Source: Thermoproteales archaeon
GTDB lineage: Archaea > Thermoproteota > Thermoprotei > Thermofilales > B69-G16
Reading direction: 5' to 3'
Length of the DNA stretch: 64,000 nt
NCBI GenBank assembly: GCA_021161825.1
Contig: JAGGZW010000130.1
Span: forward strand, 1,503 to 65,502
The notes beneath the pieces are model-generated. The model was given only the letters and a program-made list of their open reading frames with translations. It was not told where the DNA came from and made no database searches. Both the position numbers and the translations under genes were made by a program. Of this stretch, positions 11,418 to 20,742 are shown piece by piece (the stretch's first letter is position 1; each line of letters opens with the position of its first letter).

Positions 11418-12380
11418 TTAGTCGCTTGTAGGTATGCTTATAAGTGGCTGTGCTTCACCGCTTATTACTATTACTGCACCTTGTTTAGCCATCTCGGCGA
11501 GGTAGAAATACTTATAGTATTCTAAGGCATAAACCGGATCGCCAAAAGCCTTTGTTATGAGCTCAATCTGTACCTTAGTAGCATTAGCGATTATAAGTTT
11601 AGCTTTAGCTTCTGCTTCCGCCCTAAGAATTTGTGACTCAGCCTCTCCTTTAGCATGCAGTATTTGCTCCATAGCAGTAGCGTTGGCTAGAGTTATAATG
11701 CGCTCTCTTTCATATTCTGCTTGTATCTTCTGCTGTTCGGCCGTAAGCTTTGACTCTAAAGCCTTTTTGAATTGTTCCGGGAGATCTATATTTCTCAGAT
11801 TTATGCTATCTATTACAATACCTGATACACCCAATTCTTTAAGTTTTTCCAAAAATTCTTCGGAGATTTTTTGAGATATTTCATCTCTTTTTGGAATAGT
11901 ATCCGTGCCCTTGTAATCAGCTATTATATCTCTTACAATCTGTCTAAGAACGGGTGCTAAAGTCCTATCTTCCCAGTCCTTTCTAGGATACTTCATGTAT
12001 ATTTCAACAGCATATTTAGGATCTATATGATATTGAATTGTTATGTCAACGCTCGCTTGTAAACCATCACTTGTAAACGCGTTAATAGCAGGGTATTCAC
12101 CTTGCCTACCCATACTCGTCCACATATCGAGAGTTTCCTGCCCAATATAAATCTGGTCGAAAATTTGCCATGGAAGCTTAAAGACATATTTTGGACCAAT
12201 GCCAACATTCCATATATTTCCCGTGATCGGATCAAGCATTATACCTACGTATCCGAATTCCACTACTGCTATCATATTGAAAGCAAAAATTGCAATAAAG
12301 ACAAGTATAATAAAGACCGCTATTACTTTCAGAGCCGTCTTGCTGGCAGTTTGAACGTTTACAGGAATCTCATATCCCAT
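11418..12380 (-). CDS. SPFH/Band 7 (prohibitin-type) membrane protein
   Basis: N-terminal TM (VIAVFIILVFIAIFAF), PHB-like core, and a C-terminal Ala/Glu/Lys-rich coiled coil (EAESQILRAEAEAKAKLI). Confidence 0.75.
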   Translation of the reverse strand: MGYEIPVNVQTASKTALKVIAVFIILVFIAIFAFNMIAVVEFGYVGIMLDPITGNIWNVGIGPKYVFKLPWQIFDQIYIGQETLDMWTSMGRQGEYPAINAFTSDGLQASVDITIQYHIDPKYAVEIYMKYPRKDWEDRTLAPVLRQIVRDIIADYKGTDTIPKRDEISQKISEEFLEKLKELGVSGIVIDSINLRNIDLPEQFKKALESKLTAEQQKIQAEYERERIITLANATAMEQILHAKGEAESQILRAEAEAKAKLIIANATKVQIELITKAFGDPVYALEYYKYFYLAEMAKQGAVIVISGEAQPLISIPTSD

Positions 12381-12466
12381 AGCATTCCCCTTCTACATAA
12401 AGAATCTCTAGTTTATTAAGCTTCTTCGCCAGAAAAAAATTTAAAAATGCATCCTCTGCAATATTT

Positions 12467-12522
12467 TAGATGATGAATGAACTCCCCGTGTGAACCGTGA
12501 TCGCGTTTCTGGTCGCTGACTA
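12467..12522 (+). ncRNA. C/D box sRNA
   Basis: C box ATGATGA at 12470-12476, then a 13-nt guide and D' GTGA at 12490-12493. After a 3-nt spacer comes C' GTGATCG at 12497-12503, an exact 12-nt guide CGTTTCTGGTCG, and D box CTGA at 12516-12519. Terminal stem is TAG/CTA. A TATA-like AATTTAAAAAT lies ~25 nt upstream. The element is intergenic. Confidence 0.6.
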
Positions 12523-12530
12523 GATTACTG

Positions 12531-13049
12531 TTAACGAGGCAACGTTACACCTCTTTGCTCCTGATAACGCCCCCTATAGGGTACAGGTTCACCTTTTATC
12601 TCCATGAAAACAATATGAGCAAAACGTACTCCCTTTTTTAATACTACGGGAAATGCTCCTCCATGAACTTCTAATGTTATTTGACCCTTAAAGCCAGCAT
12701 CTATAACTGTTGGAGGAATTGATAAGCCAAGCCTTGCAAACGTGCTTCGTAGCTCCACAAGACCACCCACGTTTATGGGCATTTTTATATATTCCAATGT
12801 TGTAACTAAAATCTTCATATAAGGTTGAAGAACAAAGCTATCCTCGATCTTGATCACTTTAAAATATTCTTCGAGATTTACTTCGCCCAATTTTTCTGGA
12901 TCTAATGGATTAGGATTATTAATCAAAACTGCTACTTCATTTCCTATCCGTAGGTCAATTCCGTTTTCTCTTATTATACTGGCGTCTAAGGGATTTACTG
13001 CAAGCTCGCCCTTTTTAATAAGCTTAAGAATTTCCCTTCCTGAAAGCAT
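12531..13049 (-). CDS. dcd: dCTP deaminase/dUTPase family protein
   Basis: 172 aa. N-terminal MLSGREILKLIKKG, NGIDLRIG, and GFKGQITLEV motifs of the trimeric dUTPase-like fold. Confidence 0.85.
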   Translation of the reverse strand: MLSGREILKLIKKGELAVNPLDASIIRENGIDLRIGNEVAVLINNPNPLDPEKLGEVNLEEYFKVIKIEDSFVLQPYMKILVTTLEYIKMPINVGGLVELRSTFARLGLSIPPTVIDAGFKGQITLEVHGGAFPVVLKKGVRFAHIVFMEIKGEPVPYRGRYQEQRGVTLPR

Positions 13050-13119
13050 AATACCGTAATAGTTGCTATTTAAGTTTTAAATTTTATCTTGGTAGAAATT
13101 AAATTTAATTAAATAAAGA

Positions 13120-13575
13120 TCAGAGGCTTTTAATTAAATCTTCAAGCTTTCGCTTTACGTCTTTTAATTTGTTTTCTAGTTGTTCTCTAAGCTCCTTCTC
13201 AGCTTTCAGCTGCTCTTCGAGGTGCTTGCATTTATCACTTAAGAACTCTGGCAATTCTATTTTCACACCTTCCTTTATGAACTTGTTATAAGTTCCCAAC
13301 ACTAGTTTCCCCGCTTCTGATTTTCCCGAGAGATGCCTTCTAATGGTTGCCTCTGTTCTTCCAATATCATCTGCTATAGCTGCAACCGTCATACCAGCTT
13401 TCGACCTGGCAAGCGCAGCTGCCGCCACTGCTAGAGAATCAATCCAGGTAATCCTCTCTGAACTTTCCCTAATTTTATTTATTACATCCTTTCGTAGCAA
13501 TGTCGATATCATCAATGCTGTTTCTAGCTTGTGGATATCACTTCGAGATAAAGGCTTTAATGGAATTTCTTCCAA
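13120..13575 (-). CDS. HTH protein with C-terminal coiled coil (unknown family)
   Basis: Central helix-turn-helix-like stretch MTVAAIADDIGRTEATIRRHL. The C-terminal heptad-rich EEQLKAEKELREQLENKLKDVKRKLEDL follows. The start lies 17 nt downstream of the KaiC-like gene stop on the same strand. Confidence 0.5.
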   Translation of the reverse strand: MEEIPLKPLSRSDIHKLETALMISTLLRKDVINKIRESSERITWIDSLAVAAAALARSKAGMTVAAIADDIGRTEATIRRHLSGKSEAGKLVLGTYNKFIKEGVKIELPEFLSDKCKHLEEQLKAEKELREQLENKLKDVKRKLEDLIKSL

Positions 13576-13592
13576 TCACATCACCCCTAATC

Positions 13593-14345
13593 TCAAATTC
13601 TCTCTTCTCTATAAAGACCGCGAGATATTTTAAGCACACGGTCCGAGTATATTATCAATCCTTTATTGGTTATGTCGAAGGGGTGCCGCTTCATACTATG
13701 ATTTGTCCCCCTCATCTTCCAAACGATCAAGCTTCTTTTAAGCTCACCGTCTACCTCATCAAGATCTAATCTGATTATACCGTCGGCCGCGTGTTCAACT
13801 CCAGGTCCTCCAAAACCGCGTTCTCCAACGCTAATTTGGGAGACCAATATTGATGTACATCCTAATCCAGCTAGCACACGCTTAAGGTTCATTACGACTG
13901 CACGAGCGATAGCAGGCTTCGTCATATATAAGGTTGTCACGGAATCTATAACAACTCTCTTAGCTCCAATGTCTCTTATTGCCTCTCTCACTACATCGAT
14001 GAAGCTGGGAACGTCATCTATTGATCTTACAACGTATTTTTCTCTTTTTGCCGCTTCGCCAACGCCTCCAGTAAAAGCATCTACAATAGCGAACTTCCCT
14101 CGTTCTTCAAAGGGTCTTACATCCCATCCAAACTGTGACATGTTGATTCTAATCTGAACTGGATGCTCTTCTAAAGCAACTAAAATCCCTGGCTCGCCCC
14201 TACTTAAGCCATGATATAAATATTGCTGTCCAAATATTGACTTACCTGTCCCCGGTCCGCCTGAGAGAAGAACAACATTTCTATAGGGAATTCCGCCATG
14301 CAATATATCGTCGAGACCTGGAATGCCTGATTCTATTCTCCTCAC
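13593..14345 (-). CDS. KaiC/RadA-paralog type RecA-superfamily ATPase (single domain)
   Basis: GIPGLDDIL, Walker A GGPGTGKS, Walker B VVIDSV. About 250 aa, typical of archaeal KaiC-like/aRadC proteins. Confidence 0.85.
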   Translation of the reverse strand: MRRIESGIPGLDDILHGGIPYRNVVLLSGGPGTGKSIFGQQYLYHGLSRGEPGILVALEEHPVQIRINMSQFGWDVRPFEERGKFAIVDAFTGGVGEAAKREKYVVRSIDDVPSFIDVVREAIRDIGAKRVVIDSVTTLYMTKPAIARAVVMNLKRVLAGLGCTSILVSQISVGERGFGGPGVEHAADGIIRLDLDEVDGELKRSLIVWKMRGTNHSMKRHPFDITNKGLIIYSDRVLKISRGLYREERI

Positions 14346-14618
14346 GGGCGTATTATCACCTCCTAGAAACTCAACTCCGCTAAAAATAATTTAGCATATC
14401 TAGATAAAAAATTTACAAAGATTTATTTAATTTTTTCTTTAATTCTAAGCTCTAGTGCCATATGAAATGAAATTTAATAAACGTTGATAAATGATGCTAA
14501 ATAGCAATTCTCTCTTTCCGGAGTCAGTTTATTTTGAAAGCTAAAAAATATATATCTCGTAATATTAAAAGAAAAGCGACGAGAGCATGCAAGAATTATA
14601 CTAGCTTGGTGGGTTTTA

Positions 14619-14936
14619 ATGACTATGAAATGTACTCCTCTTTGTCCTTTCCGTGCTTTTATTTGTACCAAAAGGGCGTTAAGCATACGTAGATATGGTA
14701 CAAAGATAGTTTCATACTGCTCATGGACTGGCGATAACTGCATAGGTTATAGGTGTCAGTTCGCTTTATGCTCCCGCCACGCTCTATTGCCTGACGGAAC
14801 ATGTGGTTTAACTGTTAGGAGAAAAAGACCCAGCGGACCGTCAATTGAAGAAGAAGCTTTTAAAATGGAAAAAGAATATAAAACGTTAAAAAACAAGTTA
14901 AAGAAGCTTGGAACCGAAATTGAATGGTTAGAATAA
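14619..14936 (+). CDS. cysteine-rich small protein with C-terminal coiled coil (unknown family)
   Basis: 10 Cys in the first ~62 aa (CTPLCPF..C...YCSWTGDNCIGYRCQFALC....GTCG), then a Lys/Glu-rich helix. An antisense ORF (14474-14743) looks compositionally spurious. Confidence 0.45.
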   Translation: MTMKCTPLCPFRAFICTKRALSIRRYGTKIVSYCSWTGDNCIGYRCQFALCSRHALLPDGTCGLTVRRKRPSGPSIEEEAFKMEKEYKTLKNKLKKLGTEIEWLE

Positions 14937-14950
14937 TACATTAAGTTTGG

Positions 14951-16120
14951 TTATGATAATAATGCTTTGGCTACTTTTAAACTTAGTATCGGATGTTTCA
15001 ACAATTTTAAAGCCACCCTTTTTATGTTATTCCCATTAGCTAGATCGAGTATATCCTGAGGCTCTAAAACTTCTGCTAGCATGTTTAGGTCATCATCGCT
15101 TAAACCTTCAATTACTTTTAATGCTTTAAAACTGTCTCGTATTCTTTTACCCCAATATTCTCCATATTTATTTGGATAAGCGCTTAGGAAATCAACGGAA
15201 AGGTCTTCAGCATCGAACGATTTAATTACAACATCACCCGCTATCTTACCCCCTGCTATAGATGTATGTATACCGCCTCCAGTTAAGGGAATGACCTGCC
15301 CTGCAGCCTCTCCTATCAAAATAACATTGTCATCTACTATCTTCTTAAGCTGCCCGCCAATCGTAACAGCTGCTCCTCTAAACTCGATAGCATAAGATTT
15401 GGAGAACATTTCTGGATGATCTTTTATAAACTTATCTAGGTAGGCTTTTGCCGGTTTACCTTGTACGCCTATTCCAACATTTGCGATGTTCTCGCTCTTA
15501 GGGAATACCCACGCATAGCCTAATGGAGCAACTTCAGAGCCTAGGTAGAATTCGGTAGCATCAGCATAATGAAGCTTTACGTTTACCATAACGTATTGTA
15601 GAGATGGTATTATTTTTCTTTCGCCTTTCTTTTCCAAACCTGTTTGTTTAGCGACTACCGATAGGTATCCATCAGCGCCCACCAATAGTTTAGTTTTGTA
15701 AGATTCTTTATCTGTGTAAACTACATACTCATTTTCATTCTTTTTTACATATTTAACACTTTCCGGAATTTTTATCTTCGCTCCTGCGTCTACGGCATAA
15801 TTCGCCATTACTTGAAGAAAAGCTTTCTTATCGATTATATAGCCTAGAGTTTTACCCTCTCCAGGGATTTCTCTCGCCATCCCATTAGGAGCGTAAATTA
15901 GAGCCTTAGTTATTTTACGATGTACAAAATAAGACAGTGTGTAGCTTGGGATATTTGCAGTTTCCAAAACTCTTGAGCTTATACCCTCTCCACAAGGCTT
16001 CATCGCCAACATCCTTTCTTTTTCAAACACAGTAACATCTATCCCTTTTTCAGCTACAACTCTGGCAAACATTAAACCTGCTGGACCCGCGCCCACCACG
16101 ATAACATCAACATTCTTCAT
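14951..16120 (-). CDS. geranylgeranyl reductase family flavoprotein (archaeal lipid saturase type)
   Basis: FAD dinucleotide fold DVIVVGAGPAGL at the N-terminus, GDAAG-like GEAAGQV, about 390 aa. Confidence 0.85.
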   Translation of the reverse strand: MKNVDVIVVGAGPAGLMFARVVAEKGIDVTVFEKERMLAMKPCGEGISSRVLETANIPSYTLSYFVHRKITKALIYAPNGMAREIPGEGKTLGYIIDKKAFLQVMANYAVDAGAKIKIPESVKYVKKNENEYVVYTDKESYKTKLLVGADGYLSVVAKQTGLEKKGERKIIPSLQYVMVNVKLHYADATEFYLGSEVAPLGYAWVFPKSENIANVGIGVQGKPAKAYLDKFIKDHPEMFSKSYAIEFRGAAVTIGGQLKKIVDDNVILIGEAAGQVIPLTGGGIHTSIAGGKIAGDVVIKSFDAEDLSVDFLSAYPNKYGEYWGKRIRDSFKALKVIEGLSDDDLNMLAEVLEPQDILDLANGNNIKRVALKLLKHPILSLKVAKALLS

Positions 16121-16190
16121 AGTCTTACACCGTTACCTCTTTAAGTTTATAGGATAGCTATTAAAATTACGCTACATGTTTGAACCGAGT

Positions 16191-17111
16191 TTAATAGAAA
16201 TACTCTTTTACTATTTTAGCGACATTTGTCGTAATTATAGGTCCCTCATTCGTAACTATCACAGTATCTTCAAACTGAGACACGTACCCTTTCTTTTTCT
16301 CTACCAGAATAGGATAAACCATTATCGCTTTTTTACTTAAAAGCCATCGCAACACATCCTTTACCTTTTCCTTGCTCACGAAGCTAGTAAGCCAACGCTC
16401 AGAAAAAGGTAGACTTTTAAAACGCTTCCACATCTCTCTAAGCACAGAATCCATGTATTTATCTCCTGTTTTCTTAACCGAGATAACTCGGTAAATATAT
16501 CCTTCGTTTGATTCCACCACGTAACCAGTACCATTCGTGGCAAAAGGCTCGATAGCATATACCTCCCCTTCAAAAACCTTGTCTCCAAATATCGTTTTCG
16601 TATTTGGTATCGTTTTACCTGCATGAAGGTTATATCTCAGGATTTTGTGTCCGGTAAGATTTTTAATAGGCTTAAATCCATAACCTGTAATTGTCTTTTC
16701 TATTTTTGACCCGATAGCTCCGGTATTAACATTTGGCATTATGAACGCTTCTGCATTAATTAAAGCCTCAAAGGATGCTTTAGCCAAGTCTTCCAAGTTT
16801 GAGTTAAAAGAGATCGTTATTGCTGTATCTGCGATAAACCCATTCTTTTGTACTCCTACATCAATTTTAACTAGAGACCCCTTTGGAATTGTCGATTCAT
16901 CAGATAGCTTAGGAGAATAATGGGCTGCGACATGATTTATTGAAATATTAACAGGAAAGGCGGGAGCTGCATATCCTCTTATGTAATTTTCGAGCTTTTC
17001 AGCTAGCTCCAGCAGGGGCATTCCTTCATGTATTATTTCAGCGGCCTTAGCTAATGTCTTGTTGGCTATTTTACCAACCCAGAGCCATTGTTTTTCCTCT
17101 TTATTATTCAT
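16191..17111 (-). CDS. map: methionine aminopeptidase, type 2 (archaeal)
   Basis: Pita-bread fold metal ligands (IDVGV, GHKI..., YAIEPF, QFEDTV). The ATG at 17111 (MNNKEE) is preferred over the TTG at 17147 given in the ORF track. Confidence 0.85.
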   Translation of the reverse strand: MNNKEEKQWLWVGKIANKTLAKAAEIIHEGMPLLELAEKLENYIRGYAAPAFPVNISINHVAAHYSPKLSDESTIPKGSLVKIDVGVQKNGFIADTAITISFNSNLEDLAKASFEALINAEAFIMPNVNTGAIGSKIEKTITGYGFKPIKNLTGHKILRYNLHAGKTIPNTKTIFGDKVFEGEVYAIEPFATNGTGYVVESNEGYIYRVISVKKTGDKYMDSVLREMWKRFKSLPFSERWLTSFVSKEKVKDVLRWLLSKKAIMVYPILVEKKKGYVSQFEDTVIVTNEGPIITTNVAKIVKEYFY

Positions 17112-17225
17112 GCTCTCAACCTTGGATTTTACACATATTACGGGCAAATCTCTATCATTTTATACTATTTTACCTTAAATTGAGCTAAGCTATATTTTAT
17201 AACTTCTCTTAACGATTAATAACTT

Positions 17226-17867
17226 ATGAATGTATTACAGAATATCGTAAACGAAATAATAGAATACTTAGAAAATAAAGACGAAATTAGGGAGCAATTG
17301 ATAAAGAACTCGAGAGAGATAATTAGAACATGTAGAAGTCTTGTTAATAAGATCCATAGACGTGAAACTTGCAATATAGAGGAAGATTTCAAAAAACTAG
17401 AAAGCTTAGTTAATACACTTAAACTTAATTGCCAGAAGTTTCCTGATTTTTACTATAGTGGTATAGTTCAAAACGCTTTAATGGAATATTATGAAACTAT
17501 ATTGCTTTATAGCTTTATTACAGGAGAGTCGCTTCAAAATATCCAGCTATCTAAGGAGAATTATGTAGCTTTTTTACTTGGGCTTTCTGATGTAGTTGGA
17601 GAGCTTAGGAGGGAACTAGTTCAGGCGCTAATAAATGACAAAATAGAGCAGGCAATTAGATACTTTAATTATATGGAGCAAATTTATACTCAGCTTTCGA
17701 AGCTTTCTTTTCCTAATGCTCTTACTCCTGGACTGCGCAATAAAGTTGATAGAATAAGGCATACAATTGAAGCCTCTAGAAATGACATATTGTACGTTAA
17801 AAAATCCCGTGAAGTTATTGAATCACTGGATAAAGTAATCGTAAAGAGTGAGCCTTGTGATTCGTAA
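17226..17867 (+). CDS. translin-family protein (tentative)
   Basis: All-helical ~210 aa with GLSDVVGELRRE, which resembles the GL.D..GEL.R motif of archaeal translin-like proteins. From memory. Confidence 0.55.
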   Translation: MNVLQNIVNEIIEYLENKDEIREQLIKNSREIIRTCRSLVNKIHRRETCNIEEDFKKLESLVNTLKLNCQKFPDFYYSGIVQNALMEYYETILLYSFITGESLQNIQLSKENYVAFLLGLSDVVGELRRELVQALINDKIEQAIRYFNYMEQIYTQLSKLSFPNALTPGLRNKVDRIRHTIEASRNDILYVKKSREVIESLDKVIVKSEPCDS

Positions 17868-18510
17868 CTTTTCCGTTAAAAAAGCAAGATTTGCCCAAAA
17901 GAGAATCGCTGAAAAAGTTATAAAGCAAGATATTCTACCAGCTAGAATTGAAAAGATTGCTGGTGTTGACGTAGCTTATAGAAATGGGCATAGCGTTGGT
18001 TCTGCTGTGGTCGTACGCATGCCAGAATATAAGTTGATTGATCATGTTGCTGTAAAAGTACCTGTTAAATTTCCATACATACCAACGCTTTTAGCCTTTA
18101 GAGAAGTATACCCAGCACTTATGGCTTTAAAAAAACTAAGAAAAAACTTTGATCTCTTGATGGTAGATGGTAACGGATTATTGCATCCTTTCAGAGCAGG
18201 ATTTGCATGTCATCTAGGTGTCATTGTTAATAAGCCTTCAATAGGTATAGCTAAAAAACTTTTATGTGGCAACGTTGCCGAGTGGAAAAATAGATGGGCG
18301 CCAATAATTGATAGGAATGAAATCATAGGAGCCGCTGTTAAGACCTCTCCGCGAGCTAAGCCAATATATGTGAGCATCGGTCACAAAATCTCTCTGAATA
18401 CAGCAATACGTATAACCTTGTGGGCTACTAGAAAAGGTTTTAAGTTGCCAGAACCGATAAGACAGGCACATCTTGTTGCTAATAAAGCAATTCGTGATTT
18501 AGTCATTTAA
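17848..18510 (+). CDS. nfi: endonuclease V
   Basis: IAGVDVAY, PYIPTLLAFRE, DGNGLLHPFRAGFACHLG, IGIAKK. Overlaps the upstream gene by 20 nt. Confidence 0.85.
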   Translation: MSLVIRNFSVKKARFAQKRIAEKVIKQDILPARIEKIAGVDVAYRNGHSVGSAVVVRMPEYKLIDHVAVKVPVKFPYIPTLLAFREVYPALMALKKLRKNFDLLMVDGNGLLHPFRAGFACHLGVIVNKPSIGIAKKLLCGNVAEWKNRWAPIIDRNEIIGAAVKTSPRAKPIYVSIGHKISLNTAIRITLWATRKGFKLPEPIRQAHLVANKAIRDLVI

Positions 18511-19180
18511 AAAGTTTTAATATTTTTCTAATTATTTCAGATGATGATGTTAATGGAAAATTATCAGCTTTCCTATTCACTTTTATAATTTTTACACCAT
18601 GTTTAGCAGCATGCTCTTTTACAATGTTTTCTATGACTGACTGATCTGGTCCAAGAAGTATTATGTCAGGTTTATACTTCTTAATTATTTTGCTAACATC
18701 AAAACTTTCCTCTCCAAGATATGCCTCGTCAACATATTTAATGCTCTTTATCATCTCCAATCTTTGACTTTCTGGTATAACTGGAAAATGACCTTTTAAT
18801 CTTTTGACATTTTCATCGCGGGCTATTATAACTATTAATCTGCCATGCTCTCTTGCTTTTTTTAACAAATATACATGTCCTGGATGTAAGAGATCAAACA
18901 CTCCACCAACTAATACCCTCTTTTCCTTTTCCAATTCTTTTGGCCATTCAAACTCGACAAATCCTAGAAATTTAAGAGCATCCAACAGTCCCTCACTGTA
19001 TGCTATACAGGCTAGGCTGGTGAATATGTCGTTTTTATCTTCAAGATAAAATTTTGCATCATAGTAATAACTCTCAGCCAACTTTAGGATATACTTAACG
19101 TGTTCGTCGCTAGAATCTAGCTTGGAAAGCACTTCACCAACTTTGTTAATATAGTTTTTTATCCTATTTTTCGCGTCCAT
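18503..19180 (-). CDS. ribL: FAD synthase RibL-type cytidylyltransferase-fold protein with an extra N-terminal helical domain
   Basis: GGVFDLLHPGHVYLL, IIARDENV, PVIPESQRLEMIKSIKYVDEA, KPDIILLGPDQ. The first ~80 aa form a separate helical (DUF357-like) domain. Confidence 0.65.
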   Translation of the reverse strand: MDAKNRIKNYINKVGEVLSKLDSSDEHVKYILKLAESYYYDAKFYLEDKNDIFTSLACIAYSEGLLDALKFLGFVEFEWPKELEKEKRVLVGGVFDLLHPGHVYLLKKAREHGRLIVIIARDENVKRLKGHFPVIPESQRLEMIKSIKYVDEAYLGEESFDVSKIIKKYKPDIILLGPDQSVIENIVKEHAAKHGVKIIKVNRKADNFPLTSSSEIIRKILKLFK

Positions 19181-19974
19181 TTCTCAATCAACTTTTTATT
19201 TGCATTACACAGAAATATTAAAGCTTCTGCCTCTATTGGGTGTAATATACTAGGAATAATCAAGCTATGCGGTGGAGGACCGAAATTGTAGCTCTTCAGC
19301 TCGGCAAGACTACCTGCTTTTAATATTGTATTTAGACTGCCTACTCTAGCCAATCCTACGCCCAGAGTGTCTGAAGTCACTACTCCTTCGTTAAGCTTCT
19401 CCTCCATCATAAATAAGACGTCTATTGCATCACTTATCGTCATCAGCTTACCAGTTTCAACTTTAAGATCAAGAAGAAAAAATGTGTGTAATCTACGAGA
19501 AAGATTTTCTTTTAAGACTTCATACACTGAAAATGGGAAAAAACCAAGCTCAGGTTCTGGGTAAACTATTGTAGCTATTTTACCAAATTTATAGATCTGT
19601 AATCCGCATTCGCTAATTGCACTAGATATAATAGAGGGGGCGTGAACGACCATGGTTTTAACGCCTCGTTTTTCGGCCTCTATTCTTACAGTTATATGCG
19701 TTGTAGCAATAAATGGATCTCCTGGAACAAGAAGCACTACGTCTTCTTTCGAAGCTTCTTCAATAATTTGACTTATCTTATCGCTTTCTAAAAATTCTCT
19801 TGAAACTTCTACAATTTCCTGACCGATCAAAGTCTCCAATCTCTCACGCGAAAAATCGGGCATTATGTTCGTGTAAGTTTCCATGTATATCTTTTTAGCT
19901 TTTTTTAATACAGAAAATCCATGAAAGGTTAAATCTTGAAGATCATGAAGCCCTAAACCCACGAAAATCAGCAT
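19159..19974 (-). CDS. dphB: diphthine synthase
   Basis: Tetrapyrrole-methylase fold. MLIFVGLGL start and VPGDPFIATTH motif. ~270 aa. Confidence 0.85.
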   Translation of the reverse strand: MLIFVGLGLHDLQDLTFHGFSVLKKAKKIYMETYTNIMPDFSRERLETLIGQEIVEVSREFLESDKISQIIEEASKEDVVLLVPGDPFIATTHITVRIEAEKRGVKTMVVHAPSIISSAISECGLQIYKFGKIATIVYPEPELGFFPFSVYEVLKENLSRRLHTFFLLDLKVETGKLMTISDAIDVLFMMEEKLNEGVVTSDTLGVGLARVGSLNTILKAGSLAELKSYNFGPPPHSLIIPSILHPIEAEALIFLCNANKKLIEKWTRKIG

Positions 19975-19990
19975 AAGCTCACCGTTAAAA

Positions 19991-20075
19991 TGCGGGGGCG
20001 GGGATTCGAACCCCGGTAGGCCTTCGCCAACGGATCTTGAGTCCGCCCCCTTTGACCTAGCTCGGGCACCCCCGC
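19991..20075 (-). tRNA. tRNA-Leu(CAA), no intron
   Basis: Acceptor GCGGGGG/CCCCCGC, D arm GCCCGAGCTAGGTCAAAGGGGGC, anticodon arm GCGGA-CTCAAGA-TCCGT, long variable arm. Confidence 0.9.
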
Positions 20076-20102
20076 ATCAGTAATTATAAGCCTCTAGAGG
20101 AT

Positions 20103-20693
20103 TTATAACTTTCCTCCTGTATATAGGGAAAATTTCTCCCAAAGCTCCATGCGTCTACGTTTAAGTTCGTGTCTTTGCCTCCTTAAATAATTGTATACTG
20201 TTTTATGCTGTCTACCTCTGATTAGCATCTCTATAGCTTCTCTTGCTATTCTAACTTCCTCGTAATCTCCTATTATAGCTATGTGCTTTTCTCCAATCAC
20301 TAATTTTGCACCGCTCAGTTCTTCGATCATTTTTTTGGCTTTTCCAGATTCTCCTATAATTCTGCCTTTTATTCTTTTCAGATCTGACTTATTTCTAGCC
20401 GTTTCGCTAAGATCGATGCATTCGAACATGTATGTTTCATCTGTAAGCATTAAAGCCATGTCTGGATTGAATCCTAATGAAATTGCTTTTAAAACTTCTC
20501 TCGCTCTTATCATGTTCGAAACTGTTGTTTTTTCATTTCTTGGCATTATAATGACTTCATTATTTGCAGAATCTACCCATAGTTTCACGTTGAAAATTTC
20601 CTCTATTTTTCGACGAGTGGCACCGCTTTTGCCTATTATGACTCCTATTCTCTCAGGTGGTATGGGAATTACTAACCGTCCTTTAACGCCCAT
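20103..20693 (-). CDS. double KH-domain RNA-binding protein (aDim2/Pno1-like)
   Basis: Two KH GxxG motifs (IIGKSGATRRKIE; IIGESGKAKKMIE). The ATG at 20693 is preferred. The longer track ORF to 20819 has a low-complexity extension. Confidence 0.8.
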   Translation of the reverse strand: MGVKGRLVIPIPPERIGVIIGKSGATRRKIEEIFNVKLWVDSANNEVIIMPRNEKTTVSNMIRAREVLKAISLGFNPDMALMLTDETYMFECIDLSETARNKSDLKRIKGRIIGESGKAKKMIEELSGAKLVIGEKHIAIIGDYEEVRIAREAIEMLIRGRQHKTVYNYLRRQRHELKRRRMELWEKFSLYTGGKL

Positions 20694-20742
20694 GAAAGTC
20701 ACCGCATTTAATTTATTAACTAAGTCCTTACTTAAAATAGTT

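Noticed and set aside
20281-20742. N-terminal 154 codons of the 417-aa track ORF
   Set aside because: This part is antisense to the KH-domain gene and has a Ser/Phe/Leu-rich nonsense composition. The Rio1 homology starts at the in-frame ATG at 20743.
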